DNA from: Octopus vulgaris
Lineage: Eukaryota
Reading direction: 5' to 3'
NCBI GenBank assembly: GCA_951406725.2
Contig: OX597837.1
Location: 33,790,001-33,854,000, forward strand
DNA: 64,000 bases
Part shown: positions 1-11,420 of the stretch, one piece after another
Layout of the letters: each line of letters opens with the position of its first letter
Position numbering within the stretch: the first letter of the stretch is position 1
Translations under genes and position numbers: made by a program
Notes under the pieces: model-generated
What the model was told of the DNA's origin: nothing
The model's input: only the letters and a program-made list of their open reading frames with translations
The model's database searches: none

Positions 1-398
1 GGCCAAATACCCAAACCGCTCGGCCACACTCGTGCCTTGCATTTACTTAAGAACACAATAGACTGCCTGATCTGGGAAATGAACCCATGATCTTGTGATC
101 TTAAGTACAATACTTTAACTACAAGGTCATCGTTAACGCACGACACCTTTTGTGAATTCTCTGTTCCTAACATAACTTGCTCTTGGCACCTTTCTGAATA
201 TTCCTACAAATGGAACAATACTCCTGCTAACAATAATATAGGTTCTTGAAGACTCCTACTATGTAATAATGCCCTTTTTGGGGCCACTCTCTTTAACCCT
301 TTAGGGTTGTTAAAATTTATGATCAATAAATTGGTTATGCAGGGTGGGCCAAAAGTCACAAAGGTGTTTCAATATTTAATGAGTTCTGTCTGATTTAA

Positions 399-619
399 CC
401 CTTTTGTTACCGTATTTATTTTGGGGATGCTCTGTGTTTCTTTCAATTACTTTAACTATAACAAAGAATTTAGTAAAATAACTTAGTTATCATTAAGCTA
501 ATGTCAGGAACATAAATTGTGACTAAGGTTTGGTGGAAGATTTTAATTCAAAAGTTATGAAAACAAGACATTCGTACTCAGAGCCAGAGGCGGTTTTGGC
601 CGGGTTAGTAACAAAAGGG
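399..619. mobile_element. piggyBac-type MITE
   Basis: TTAA at 395-398 and 620-623; 12-bp TIR CCCTTTTGTTAC/GTAACAAAAGGG. Confidence 0.8.
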
Positions 620-1020
620 TTAACATGTTTTCTATGGTTGTATACCCTTTCTGATGCCAACGACTTTATCGAGTGTACTGGGTGCTTTATACATGGCAGC
701 AACATGTATATGTGTGCAACAGGCTTCTTTTAGTCTCCATTACCAAATTCACTCAAGGACTTGGTCATCCTGGGTCTGTAGTAGCAGACACTTGCCTAAG
801 GTGTCACACAGTGGGACTGAACCAGAAACCATGTGGTTGCAAAACAAACTTCTTACCACATGGCTGTTCTTTCGTCTATAACACATCTGTATTAAGTACT
901 TCTTCTGTTGTGCTTCATTCATTCATTCAGAGGGTGATTTGTTAACAGAAGACATGACAATATCACTGTTTGTGGCAAGCAGTTTTTGGAGAAACACAAG
1001 AATAAACCAACACATACACC

Positions 1021-1057
<37 letters not shown>

Positions 1058-1204
1058 ATATATATATATATATTATATTAAATTAGAGATAAAACCACTA
1101 TTAGGCAAATCATACAATGAAAAACTTAAGCCAATACATAAGATTATTTAATTTATATTATTTAAATATATAACAAAATTATTAAAAAAATATAATTAAT
1201 ATAA

Positions 1205-1268
1205 CACTACGATCGTTTCATGGCTGTTAATTTCTTTAAATTTTCGAGTTACAGTCATTCATTAGGTG
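1205..1268 (-). ncRNA. Degenerate type-I hammerhead ribozyme motif
   Basis: Minus strand: cac CUAAUGA augacugu...acagccau GAAA cgaucg UA gug; core G5 is mutated to A. Confidence 0.45.
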
Positions 1269-1368
1269 GTTTAAATATTTAACTATAAAATTGGATTCAA
1301 TCCTAAATCTGATTTTTCCCTGTAAGTTTGGATTTATTCCCTAATATTTATTATTAATATATATATAT

Positions 1369-1568
1369 ACTCTTTTACTTGTTTCAGTCATTTGACTGCG
1401 GCCATGCTGGAGCACCGCCTTTAGTCGAGCAAATCGACCCCGGGACTTATTCTTTGTAAGCCCAGTACTTATTCTATCAGTCTCTTTTGCTGAACCGCTA
1501 AGTGACGGGGACGTAAACACACCAGCATCGGTTGTCAAGCAATGCTAGGGGGACAAACACACACACAT

Positions 1569-1605
<37 letters not shown>

Positions 1606-1768
1606 TACGACAGGCTTCTTTCAGTTTCCGTCTACCAAATCCACTCACAAGGCTTTGGTCGGCCTGAGGCTATAGCAGAAGACACTTGCTCAAGATGCCA
1701 CGCAGTGGGACTGAACCCGGAACCATGTGGTTGGTTAGCAAGCTACTTACCACACAGCCACTCCTGCA

Positions 1769-1770
<2 letters not shown>
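1369..1770 (-). mobile_element. tRNA-derived SINE family A (young, about 400 bp, internal (TA/TG)n)
   Basis: Head GG(C/T)GCAGGAGTGGCTGTGTGG...GGTTCAGTCCC with A/B-box-like motifs; tail GAAACAAGTAAAAGAG; near-identical copies throughout the window. Confidence 0.85.
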
Positions 1771-1811
<41 letters not shown>

Positions 1812-1884
1812 ATGTAACTACATGTGACTTGTTGGCAATTTTTTTTTTTCCCCTCCGTCTTCCTTTTCTATTGGTCTTTCTTCT

Positions 1885-1920
1885 GTTTCTGAAGAAGAGC
1901 ATGTGCTCGAAATGTTAAAC
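1885..1920 (+). ncRNA. Minimal type-I hammerhead ribozyme motif (family H1)
   Basis: guuu CUGAAGA a gagc-augu-gcuc GAAA ug UU aaac. Confidence 0.6.
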
Positions 1921-2139
1921 CACCTTTCTTTCCTTCCTTGAGTGTCTGCTAATACTTTGTGCACCACGTCCTCGCATTGTATTTTTTTTTTTTTGTTCTT
2001 CGTGTTTTATAACACATTTTATATTAAGTACTTCTTCTGTTGTGCTTCATTCGTTCCTGCAGGGTCGAGCATCTCATTTTGGTTCCTTTTCATCTCATTT
2101 TGGTTCCTTTTCATCTCATTTTGGTTCCTTTCCTTCCAG

Positions 2140-2236
2140 ATTTCAAGATAAGACAAAAAACGATTGGAGTGAACGACACAAATTTAAAAAAGTCTCAGGA
2201 AAATATGATCTGATTCAGATGGATTACAGCACTCAG
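2140..2236 (+). CDS. PARP2: PARP2 internal exon (end of WGR domain); upstream exons lie outside the window
   Basis: ttccag|A...CAG|gtatat; encodes FQDKTKNDWSERHKFKKVSGKYDLIQMDYSTQ, matching the PARP2 WGR C-terminus (KFxDKTxNxW...GKYDxxxMDY). Confidence 0.9.
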
Positions 2237-2365
2237 GTATATTTTAATTAACAAATGATGATTGCCTCAGATTCCTCGCATCACACTGAACCATTAATTA
2301 CAGGTGTTCAGATAAAGTTTCTGCTTGTTTGTTCGTATATCCATTTTCCCATTCTTTATATATAT

Positions 2366-2580
2366 TTCACTACTGCCCACAAGGGGCTAAACACAGAGGG
2401 GACAAACGGATTATGTCGATTACATCGACCCCAGGGCGTAACTGGTACTTAATTTATCGACCCCGAAAGGATGAAAGGCAAAGTCGACCTCGGCGGAATT
2501 TGAACTCAGAACGTAGCGGCAGACGAAATGCGGCTACGCATTTCGCCCGGTGTGCTAACGAGTCTGCCAGCTCACCGCCT
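2366..2580 (-). mobile_element. SINE family B (GGCGGCGAGCTGGCAGAA head; GCCTTTCATCCTTTCGGGGTCGATAAA central domain)
   Basis: Full-length copy flanked by TSD CATTCTTTATAT. Confidence 0.8.
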
Positions 2581-2911
2581 TATCATTCTTTATATGTGTC
2601 ACCAGAAAGGGTGCTTTTCACAACTGGGATCCAACATAACCCCTGGGGGTTCACACTAGCAAAATAGTAAATAAGGGATCCACAGTAGCATTTTAAATGT
2701 CCCTTTTAAAGTTTTGATCTAAATGTGTCTGTTGCAAGAAACAGCTTCGTTTCTTTCTTTAATGTTTTACACAGTTCACCCTCCGCAAGTTTGTGTGTGA
2801 ATAACAAAAGAGGAATTTTGAAAGACATTGTTATATTTGCCAATTAAATTCACATTATATATTTGGTCTTCGGCTTTATCATTATTATTATTATTATTAT
2901 TTTAGTTTCTT

Positions 2912-2956
2912 TATCAAAACTTTTTCGTCACACATCCTGTGACCTCTTCAGTGACA
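2912..2956 (-). ncRNA. Minimal type-I hammerhead ribozyme motif (family H2)
   Basis: Minus strand: uguca CUGAAGA g gucaca-ggaug-ugugac GAAA aagu UU ugaua. Confidence 0.6.
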
Positions 2957-3155
2957 CTTCATCCCATGTGTCTCCTTTTGCTCTGCTTATTCCATATTCC
3001 AATTCTGAAAGAAGTATCTTTGAAACTAGTTCTTTAACATCGAATGGTTATGAGGGTCCACTAAAATAGTTTGTCTGTCCTTGTTTGTCCTCTCTGTGTT
3101 TAGCCCCTTGTGGGTAATAAAGAAATAGATATATGTATATATGAACGTCATAACA

Positions 3156-3214
<59 letters not shown>

Positions 3215-3401
3215 TTTGACGCTGTTCAAATGCTTCAAGTGATTTAACACCATTTCTCCATCTTCAACCATGTATGTGTATATAAAACAAGCTGAGGGAC
3301 ATGTCTAAGCACGAGGCTTTGGGAGATGCAGATTCCATGAAGAATTGATCCAGTCCACGATGACCAATCCAGCTTAGCATGGAAAGTAGACAGACAACAA
3401 C

Positions 3402-3433
<32 letters not shown>

Positions 3434-3488
3434 CAGCAGTTAAATAGACAGACATGATAAATGATGTGCTTTTTTTTATTTTTGTTAG

Positions 3489-3572
3489 GGAAAAGATGAT
3501 GTTGATGGGAATAAGACGAAGCAAGAAAGTGTCAGCAAAATTCCTGACTCCAAACTTGAACCCTCTCTGCAA
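3489..3572 (+). CDS. PARP2: PARP2 exon (linker and start of helical regulatory domain)
   Basis: ttag|GGA...CAA|gtaagt, 84 nt, phase 0/0; GKDDVDGNKTKQESVSKIPDSKLEPSLQ (SKL marks the domain start). Confidence 0.85.
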
Positions 3573-3689
3573 GTAAGTTTCACTTTGCTTCTGGAAGTCC
3601 CCCCTCCCCTTCTCTCTCTCTTTCTCTCACCACAAACAATGTTGTTCTCTCTACTCTTATACTATAAGCAACACTATGTCCTGTCACTG

Positions 3690-4095
3690 TGTTATGTTAC
3701 TTTATCCATGTTCTGTCTATTAGCTACTTTATACATGTTCTGGCTATAAGCTACTTCATCCATGTTCTGGCTATAAGCGACTTTATCCATGTTCTGTCTA
3801 TAAGCAACATTATACATGTTCTGGCTATAAGCTACTTCATCCATGTTCTGGCTATAAGCTACTTTATCCATATTCTGGCTATAAGCTACTTTATCCATAT
3901 TCTGGCTATAAGCTACTTTATCCATATTCTGGCTATAAGCTACTTCATCCATGTTCTGGCTATAAGCTACTTCATCCATGTTCTGACTATAAGCTACTTC
4001 ATCCGTGTTCTGGCTATAAGCTACTTCATCCATGTTCTGTCTATAAGCTACTTTATCCATGTTCTGGCTATAAGCTACATTATCCATGTTCTGTT
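3690..4095. repeat. 27-bp minisatellite, about 15 units, ending at a PARP2 splice acceptor
   Basis: Unit TTTATCCATGTTCTGGCTATAAGCTAC. Confidence 0.95.
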
Positions 4096-4099
4096 GCAG

Positions 4100-4184
4100 A
4101 AATTGATAAAGTTAATATCTGACATTGATTCGATGAAAGAAACAGTCATTGAAATGAAATACGATGCACAGAAAGCTCCACTGG
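4100..4184 (+). CDS. PARP2: PARP2 exon (helical domain)
   Basis: tgcag|AAA...CTGG|gtaagt; KLIKLISDIDSMKETVIEMKYDAQKAPLG. Confidence 0.92.
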
Positions 4185-4476
4185 GTAAGTTAGGGTTGTT
4201 GATGTATTTGTGTTGCTGTGTAAATGTGTGTGTGTCTGTGTGTGTATTCATAGGTAGGGTTAAAATTAAGGTCCTCTTGAAGCACATCAGCTTATTCCAA
4301 TTCCACATGTAGATGTCTTATTCATGTGAGGTACACATAACAGTTGAAAATTACTTACAGAGTAATTATATCATAACAGGAGATTGGAAAATGTTTTGGT
4401 ATCATTCACAATTACACATATTTCATTTGCTGATGGGAATCACAAAATTGTACATGCAATAGAAAACAAGTAATAT

Positions 4477-4546
4477 ATCTACTATTAGAAATTCTTCAGA
4501 CAGAGAATTGAATATTTCTCTGTTCGAAGAATTTCTAATAGTAGAT
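4477..4546. repeat. Near-perfect palindrome (about 31-bp arms)
   Basis: ATCTACTATTAGAAATTCTTC...GAAGAATTTCTAATAGTAGAT. Confidence 0.85.
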
Positions 4547-5001
4547 GTTGCACATTCATATCTATGTGTTTGTGTATGCCAAACTACATCCCCACTCTTG
4601 GCACTATTTTGTTAGTGAACAGTACAACTGTGTGTAAAGTATATAATGTATTACTACGCTGAATGTCGTCGTCCGTGTATCATGTAAAGCAATAAACACG
4701 TAAACAATAACAATGGTTTTCATTTGGTTGTCCATCCCATTAGAACCCAAACTACACACATAACATGTACACTTATTAGCCATGAGTGCTTTCCACTAAA
4801 AAGTTCCTGGCTTTGGGTAAAAGAAGATACAGGAGAATCAATTAATTATGATTTTATTCAATAAGGTAGACAGACAGTTTGTCGACAGGCAACTTAGACA
4901 GGACAATTGACCGAGTGGACAATTTGCTGGTTCTATCAATAATATAGGCGTACCTTTGTGTAGAAGCTTTCCTCCTCCTTGTTCCGTTTTGATGAACTCC
5001 A

Positions 5002-5359
5002 TGAAGCTCCGGCATCTGGCGACGGACTTGGTAAACACCCACAAAGTTATCAACCACCTCACCAACAACAACACTGAACACCTTTTTGATCTCCATGTGT
5101 CTAACACACGTGGACATGCCTACAAAGTCAGAAAACAACACAGCTCCCATGACTTTCGGAAACATTTTTTCACGCTCAGAGTTGCTGAAGCATGGAACAA
5201 ACTGCCTGCGTCAGTTGTTGACTGCCATGACACTGCATCCTTTAAGGCCCTCATGCTTTCCGAAATCCGCCGAAACTACACCTGATTATATATACACTTT
5301 AGATGAGTTGTAGTGCACCTGAGCACTGTACACAATTATTATTATTATTATTATTATTA
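5002..5359 (+). mobile_element. 5'-truncated CR1-clade LINE (ORF2 C-terminus plus (ATT)n tail)
   Basis: ...NTRGHAYKVRKQ...RKHFFTLRVAEAWNKLP; nearly identical to 13665-14013. Confidence 0.88.
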
Positions 5360-5799
5360 TCGATACTTCCACATGTCGACCTATTGTCCAATCAGCCAAT
5401 GGTTCAATCGGTGAATGGTCTGCACACAATTCAACATATTCCCCTCTCAGATTCACACGCTTACTGCAGTGGTCCTTCAATTTTTTTAAGCCCTGTAAAA
5501 TAACTCAGAAGGTTGGGCCTCCAACCATGCTTTTTGCAATATCCTTAAAGCCAGGAACTTTTCACCCCCCCCCCCCCCCGTACATCTAAAACAAAATATT
5601 TTCATGAACCCTTAATATACTTCTGTGTTTACCCAATTTACTATTTTGCTGGTGTGAAACCCCTAAAATTTTATATTGACCCCACTTGAGAACCATTTAC
5701 CTAAAAGATAAAACTGTCTGTGAAAGAATAATTAGTAAATAAAAACCCTGCTTTGAATGTGAAGCTTTACAATTAGTCTGTTTAATTAAACTTTTCTAG

Positions 5800-5938
5800 G
5801 TCGTTTAACGGTGAAACAGATCCAAGCTGGTTACCAAGCTTTGAAAAAAATTGCTGCCTGTATAGAAAAGAAGAACTTCGGTGCTAGCTTGTCTTCAGCG
5901 TGCGATGAGTTTTACACAAGAATTCCACACACTTTTGG
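5800..5938 (+). CDS. PARP2: PARP2 exon (helical domain)
   Basis: ttctag|GT...TTTGG|gtagg; RLTVKQIQAGYQALKKIAACIEKKNFGASLSSACDEFYTRIPHTFG; phases match neighbours. Confidence 0.93.
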
Positions 5939-6211
5939 GTAGGTATAGAATTTTTCAAAGCTTTTATGTGGTTATTCAATCTTCTAGAAATAGCAGTTAA
6001 ACTACCCAGGCAGGGTAGACAGTTTTGTGCTTGCATTTCCCAGATATCGTGGTTGATCCCAAAGCTCTTCAGTGAGGCTTTGAGTGTATCCCAGAAGCGC
6101 TTTTTCTCTTGGGGTCTCCAACCATGTCTCTCACTTCTCTGGTGACAGTGTTCTCAATTATCCTGCAGAGAACCTACCATTCCTTCTTCCCAACTTAGTT
6201 ACTCTTTACAA

Positions 6212-6590
6212 TTTTACTTGTTTCAGTCATTTGACTGCGGCCATGCTGGAGCACCGCCTTTAATCGAGCAACTCGACCCCGGGACTTATTCTTTGTAAGC
6301 CCAGTACTTATTCAATCGGTCTCTTTTGCCGAACCGCTAAGTGACGGGGACGTAAACACACCAGCATCGGTTTTCAAGCAATGCTAGGGGGACAAACACA
6401 TACACATACACATATATATACATATATATGACAGGCTTCTTTCAGTTTCCGTCTACCAAATCCACTCACAAGGCATTGGTCGGCCCGGGGCTATAGCAGA
6501 AGACACTTGCCCAAGTGCCACGCAGTGGGACTGAACCCGGAACCATGTGGTTGGTTAGCAAGCTACTTACCACACAGCCACTCCTGCGCC
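6212..6590 (-). mobile_element. SINE family A
   Basis: Full-length match to the other family A copies. Confidence 0.85.
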
Positions 6591-6740
6591 TATATAATTG
6601 AATAAATTTCCACTCTTGCACTTGTCTTGCTTTGAAGATGGAATTTATGTTTTTCTCCTTTTGTATTTGATGTGTTGTAAATGAATTTATCCATGGAAAC
6701 CATCTGTCTCATTCATTCTGTTGTGTTGATGTCTGTCCAG

Positions 6741-6804
6741 CATGAGAAAACCCCCTGTAATCCGTGATGAGGAGACAGTGAAAGAAAAGATCCAGTTACT
6801 CGAG
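6741..6804 (+). CDS. PARP2: PARP2 exon (helical domain)
   Basis: tccag|C...GAG|gtagg; MRKPPVIRDEETVKEKIQLLE. Confidence 0.9.
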
Positions 6805-6861
6805 GTAGGAAACATTTTTTTATTCCTTTGTTGTTGAAATATTAAATAAATGTTAAATATA

Positions 6862-7233
6862 GGTGCAGGAGTGGCTGTGTGGTAAGTAGCTTGCTTACCA
6901 ACCACATGATTCCGGATTCAGTCCCACTGCGTGGTACCTTGGGCAAGTGTCTTCTACTATAGCCTCGGGCCGACCAAAGCCTTGTGAGTGGATTTGGTAG
7001 ACGGAAACTGAAAGAAGCCCATCATATATATATTTATGTGTGTTTCCCCCCAACATCGCTTGACAACCAGTGCTGGTGTGTTTATGTCCTCATGCCTTAG
7101 CAGTTCAGCAAAAGAGACCGATACAATAAGTACTAGGCTTACATACAAAGAATAAGTCCTGGGATTGATTTGCCTGACTAAAGGCAGTGCTCCAGCTTGG
7201 TCGCCGTCAAATGACTGAAACAAGTAAAAGAAT
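6862..7233 (+). mobile_element. SINE family A
   Basis: Full-length; inverted relative to 6212-6590. Confidence 0.85.
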
Positions 7234-7604
7234 AAATAGGAAAAATGAAAAACTGATTCTGACACACAAGTTCAGCTTCATGGCATGAAATCTTGGGCAA
7301 GTATCTTGTGCTATAGGCCTGGGCTTACCAAAGCCTTGTGAGTGGATCTGGTACATGAAAACTGTAAGAAGCCCGTTTTGAGTATGTGCGTATATCTTTT
7401 ATTTTTTACTTGTTTTAGTCATTTGACTGTAGCCATGCTGGGGCACCACCTTAAACAGTTTTAGTTGAACAAATCGCCCTAGGACTTATTAACTTTTGAA
7501 GCCTAGTACTTATTCAATCGGCCTCTTTTGACAAACTGCTAAGTTATGGGGATGTAAACACACCATCACCGGTTGTCAAGCAGTGGTGGGGGACAAACAC
7601 AAAG

Positions 7605-7636
<32 letters not shown>

Positions 7637-8813
7637 GTACATGCATACATATATATGACAGGCTTTCAGTTTCACAAAGTTTTGGTGGCCCAAGGTTACA
7701 AAAGAAGACACTTGCCTAAGGTGCCATACAGTAGGACTGAACCTGGAACCATATGGTTGGGAAGTTAAGCTTCTCACCACACAGCCACACCTGCATATGG
7801 ATATAGATGTGTGTATGCATGAATGTGTTTGTGTTTGTTGCTGTGCCTTTGTCTTGAAAGTGTGTGATGGGTGTGTAGTGTATGTGTGTGTGCGTAAATA
7901 AATACATGAATTGTTTCATGATCAAAAAGGGATTTATTTCCATGGGTTATAAGTACACTACATAAAAATGTAAGCAAATGCTACGCATTGCTTGTATAGA
8001 ACACATATTAAAGATGAATATGTTTGTGTGTGTGTGTGTGCGTCATTCGAAACAGTAGCCTGTAGGCATTTTCTCTTTCGTCTCCAAAACGCGGGGCGAG
8101 ATAAATCTGTCTGCTGGTGTGTCAGCTCCGATTGTGTTTCTTTCTCTGTTTTTCCCTTGTATTTATAATATTTGAGACAGCTAGAAAGATAGACATACTG
8201 CAACAGAGTTACTACTTAAGTAGGTCAGCGCTTGTCCAGTTGAACTTCGCCTGACATGGCTGAGGTCGCAGGTCAAAGGGAGATGGTCAATCGCTTTTTG
8301 ACAGAACAAAGAGATCTTTAAATTTCGCGCCTATACATGCATTGGTTTTTGACGACCGATGATTCTTGGATTCGATTTCGAATCTAAGCTTACAGGTGTA
8401 AACAAGTGCCACTGTGTTTATGGAAAGCATATTTGGCCATGGTGAGGAATATTTACTTGAAAACAAGAAAGGGGTTGGCATCGGTTTGGACATCCAGCCA
8501 TAGAAAATCTGCTACATTAGATTCTCTTTGGTCCATGCAAGTATGGAAGAGTGGACATGAAAAACCACGATAATGATGAAGAATTAGATAATAAATTTTT
8601 CCATCGTTTCCATTTACCAAACTTCATTCCCAAGGCACTGATCAACCTGATGCTAGTGTAGAATCTATTTGTCCACGATACAAGCAGCAGGATTGAACCT
8701 GTTGCCATACAGCCATCATATGTCAACAATCATAACAGTCACCACCTACATCATTATCAGCAACACTATTTCTTTGCATGCTCTTAAATTTTTTACTTTT
8801 TTTATTTTCACAG

Positions 8814-8945
8814 GCCTTAGGAGATATAGAGATTGCCATCAATATCCTGAAACAAGGGGACATGTCAGAAAACCCCATCGACAAGACTTACAAATCTCTG
8901 GAATGCGAGCTCTTACCCATCTCTTCAGATCATCCGGATTTCAAG
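8814..8945 (+). CDS. PARP2: PARP2 exon (end of helical domain, start of catalytic domain)
   Basis: cacag|GCC...AAG|gtaag; ALGDIEIAINILKQGDMSENPIDKTYKSLECELLPISSDHPDFK. Confidence 0.93.
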
Positions 8946-9147
8946 GTAAGGCATCTGGTTATGTCCCGTCAGATTTCGACCCTGGACCCTTCCTTCCTTG
9001 GCTGTGAAGATGTGGGTGGGAGAGGTGTGTGTGGGGAAAGACATCTGCCTGTGTAAAAAATTATTTTTAAAAATACCTTGTGTCTAGATGTTGTCATGGT
9101 AACCAAGTAAATGGCCTAAACTGTTTTTTGTTGCCTGTATTTTGCAG

Positions 9148-9272
9148 CTTGTGAGCAACTACCTCCAAACCACTCATGCTGTCACCCACAACAGTTATCG
9201 AATGCAGCTCCTCGAAGTGTACGGCTGCACGAAAATGGCTGAACACAGCAAGTTCATTGATTATGGGAACAG
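9148..9272 (+). CDS. PARP2: PARP2 exon (catalytic domain)
   Basis: tgcag|CTT...AACAG|gtaat; LVSNYLQTTHAVTHNSYRMQLLEVYGCTKMAEHSKFIDYGN(R). Confidence 0.92.
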
Positions 9273-9273
9273 G

Positions 9274-9910
9274 TAATACTACTACTACTACTACTATCAC
9301 CACCACCACCACTAGTACTATCACCACCACCACCACCACTACTACTACTACTATCACCACCATCACCACCACCACCACTACTATTACCACTACTACTATT
9401 ATCACCACCACCACTAGTACTATCACCACCACCACTACTATTACCACTACTACCACTAGTACTATCACCACCACCACTGCTACTATCACCACCACCACCA
9501 CCACCACTACTATCACCACCACCACCACTACTACTACTATCACCACCACCACTACTACTGCTACTATCACCACCACCACCACCACTACTACTACTATCAC
9601 CACCATCACCACCACCACCACTACTATTACCACTACTACTATTATCACCACCACCACTAGTACTATCACCACCACCACTGCTACTATCACCACCACCACC
9701 ACCACCACTACTACTACTATCACCACCACCACTACTACTGCTACTATCTACTATCACCACCACCACCACCACTACTACTACTATCACCACCACCACTACT
9801 ACTGCTACTATCACCACCACCACTACTACTGCTACTATCACCACCACCACTACTACTATTATTACCACCACTACTACCACTATTACTATCACTACCACTG
9901 ACACCATTAT
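9274..9910. repeat. Compound (ACC/ACT/ATC)n trinucleotide satellite
   Basis: Starts at the exon donor; source of the poly-T, poly-V and poly-S/G ORFs. Confidence 0.95.
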
Positions 9911-10239
9911 ATTTCTACTGTTGTGTGTGTGTGTGTGTGTGTGTGCAGCTATGTGCATGCACGCACACACATGTGGTTTAATTAAACTGGTGGCCTGTTA
10001 CTCTGGAGTGTCAACAGCATGTGGCCACTTCTTTAGACAAGTCAGACTGTGCCACTGGGCCAGCTTAAATAAGCTACTATACTTTACACCTGTATTGAGT
10101 TCTTCTCCACATTGTCACCAACACTGTATGCGCGTCAGCGTATATTATATGCATGTGTATTTAGAGAGCGAACTGGTCGTGTTGCTAAGGTCCTGGATTG
10201 TTAACTGCAGGGCCATACCAACCATCAGTGGACCCAACT

Positions 10240-10434
10240 CTCTTTTCTCTCTTTTAATTGTTTCAGTCATTTGACTGCGGCCATGCTGGAGCACTGCCTT
10301 TAGTCGAGCAAATCGACCCCGGGTCTTATTCTTTGTAAGCCCAGTACTTATTCTATCGGTCTCTTTTGCCGAACCGCTAAGTGACGGGGACGTAAACATA
10401 CCAGCATCTGTTGTCAAGCAATGCTAGGGAGACA

Positions 10435-10522
<88 letters not shown>

Positions 10523-10688
10523 TACGACAGGCTTCTTTCAGTTTCCGTCTACCAAATCCACTCACAAAGCTTTGGTCGGCCCGGGGCTATAGCAGAAGAC
10601 ACTTGCCCAAGATGCCACGCAGTGGGACTGAACCCGGAACCATGTGGTTGGTTAGCAAGCTACTTACCACACAGCCACTCCTGCGCCT
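10240..10688 (-). mobile_element. SINE family A
   Basis: Full-length with expanded (CA)n(TA)n. Confidence 0.85.
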
Positions 10689-11420
10689 AATTAAACCATG
10701 TAACAGCATCCATGCTTTTTCTCAGACTATTCACTTCCTTCTCTCCAGACTTTTCCTCTTTCTAAAGAAGAGTCGTACTCAAAACATCACACTCACTCTT
10801 CTTTCCATCTTAAACTGAGAATCAACCTGATTCATTTGCTGTGTACATCCTTTTGACTTTTGCTGTTTTTGTTTATATATATATATGTGTGTGTGTGTGT
10901 ATGTGTGCGTTTTCTATGATGGTTTTTGGTAAGTAATGTTGATTTTTACAATTCTGTAAAGGAAACCCTACTTTTTTTCTGTCAAGGGTTTATATGCCCC
11001 AATATTAGACTATTTTCTTTAGTCATTACATGGTGTTCGCTTATAAGCTTTAAGTTGGGCATCCGGTTATAGAAACCATGTGACAACAGGCAGTTTGGAT
11101 ACTCGACAACTACCCAGCTACCCAGTTCTTGTCAAACTGTCCAACCCATGCCAGCATGGAAAACAGACAGTAAACAACGACAATGATGGACACCTGTCAC
11201 TGAGTATCCAGGCATACGACATCATCCAAACCTCAATTATAGTTACAGACACAGTAAATAGCAGGGACTTATTTTATCAAATTTGATAGGATTTCAACTA
11301 AAAAACATAACTAAATACCACTTTTCAATGATTAAAATCTCTTTTTTCAAATTGTTTATTATTGTTGTTGTTGTTGTTCATTCTACATTCTGTAAGTGTT
11401 TTGTGTTCTTTATTTTCTAG

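Noticed and set aside
1341-1538. Recurrent short ORFs MTTDAGVFTSPSL..., HIYDRLLSVSVY..., MVVIPAVLFHH...
   Set aside because: They are incidental frames of SINE families A and C.
3689-4312. 207-aa and 131-aa repetitive ORFs
   Set aside because: They are produced by the 27-bp minisatellite; only 4100-4184 is coding.
8005-8060. TTAAAGATGAATA...CATTCGAAACAGTA hammerhead-like string
   Set aside because: Two core mismatches and no stem I.
9094-9970. Three long ORFs (poly-Val, poly-Thr, poly-Ser/Gly)
   Set aside because: They are translations of an intronic trinucleotide satellite; the real exon ends at 9272.
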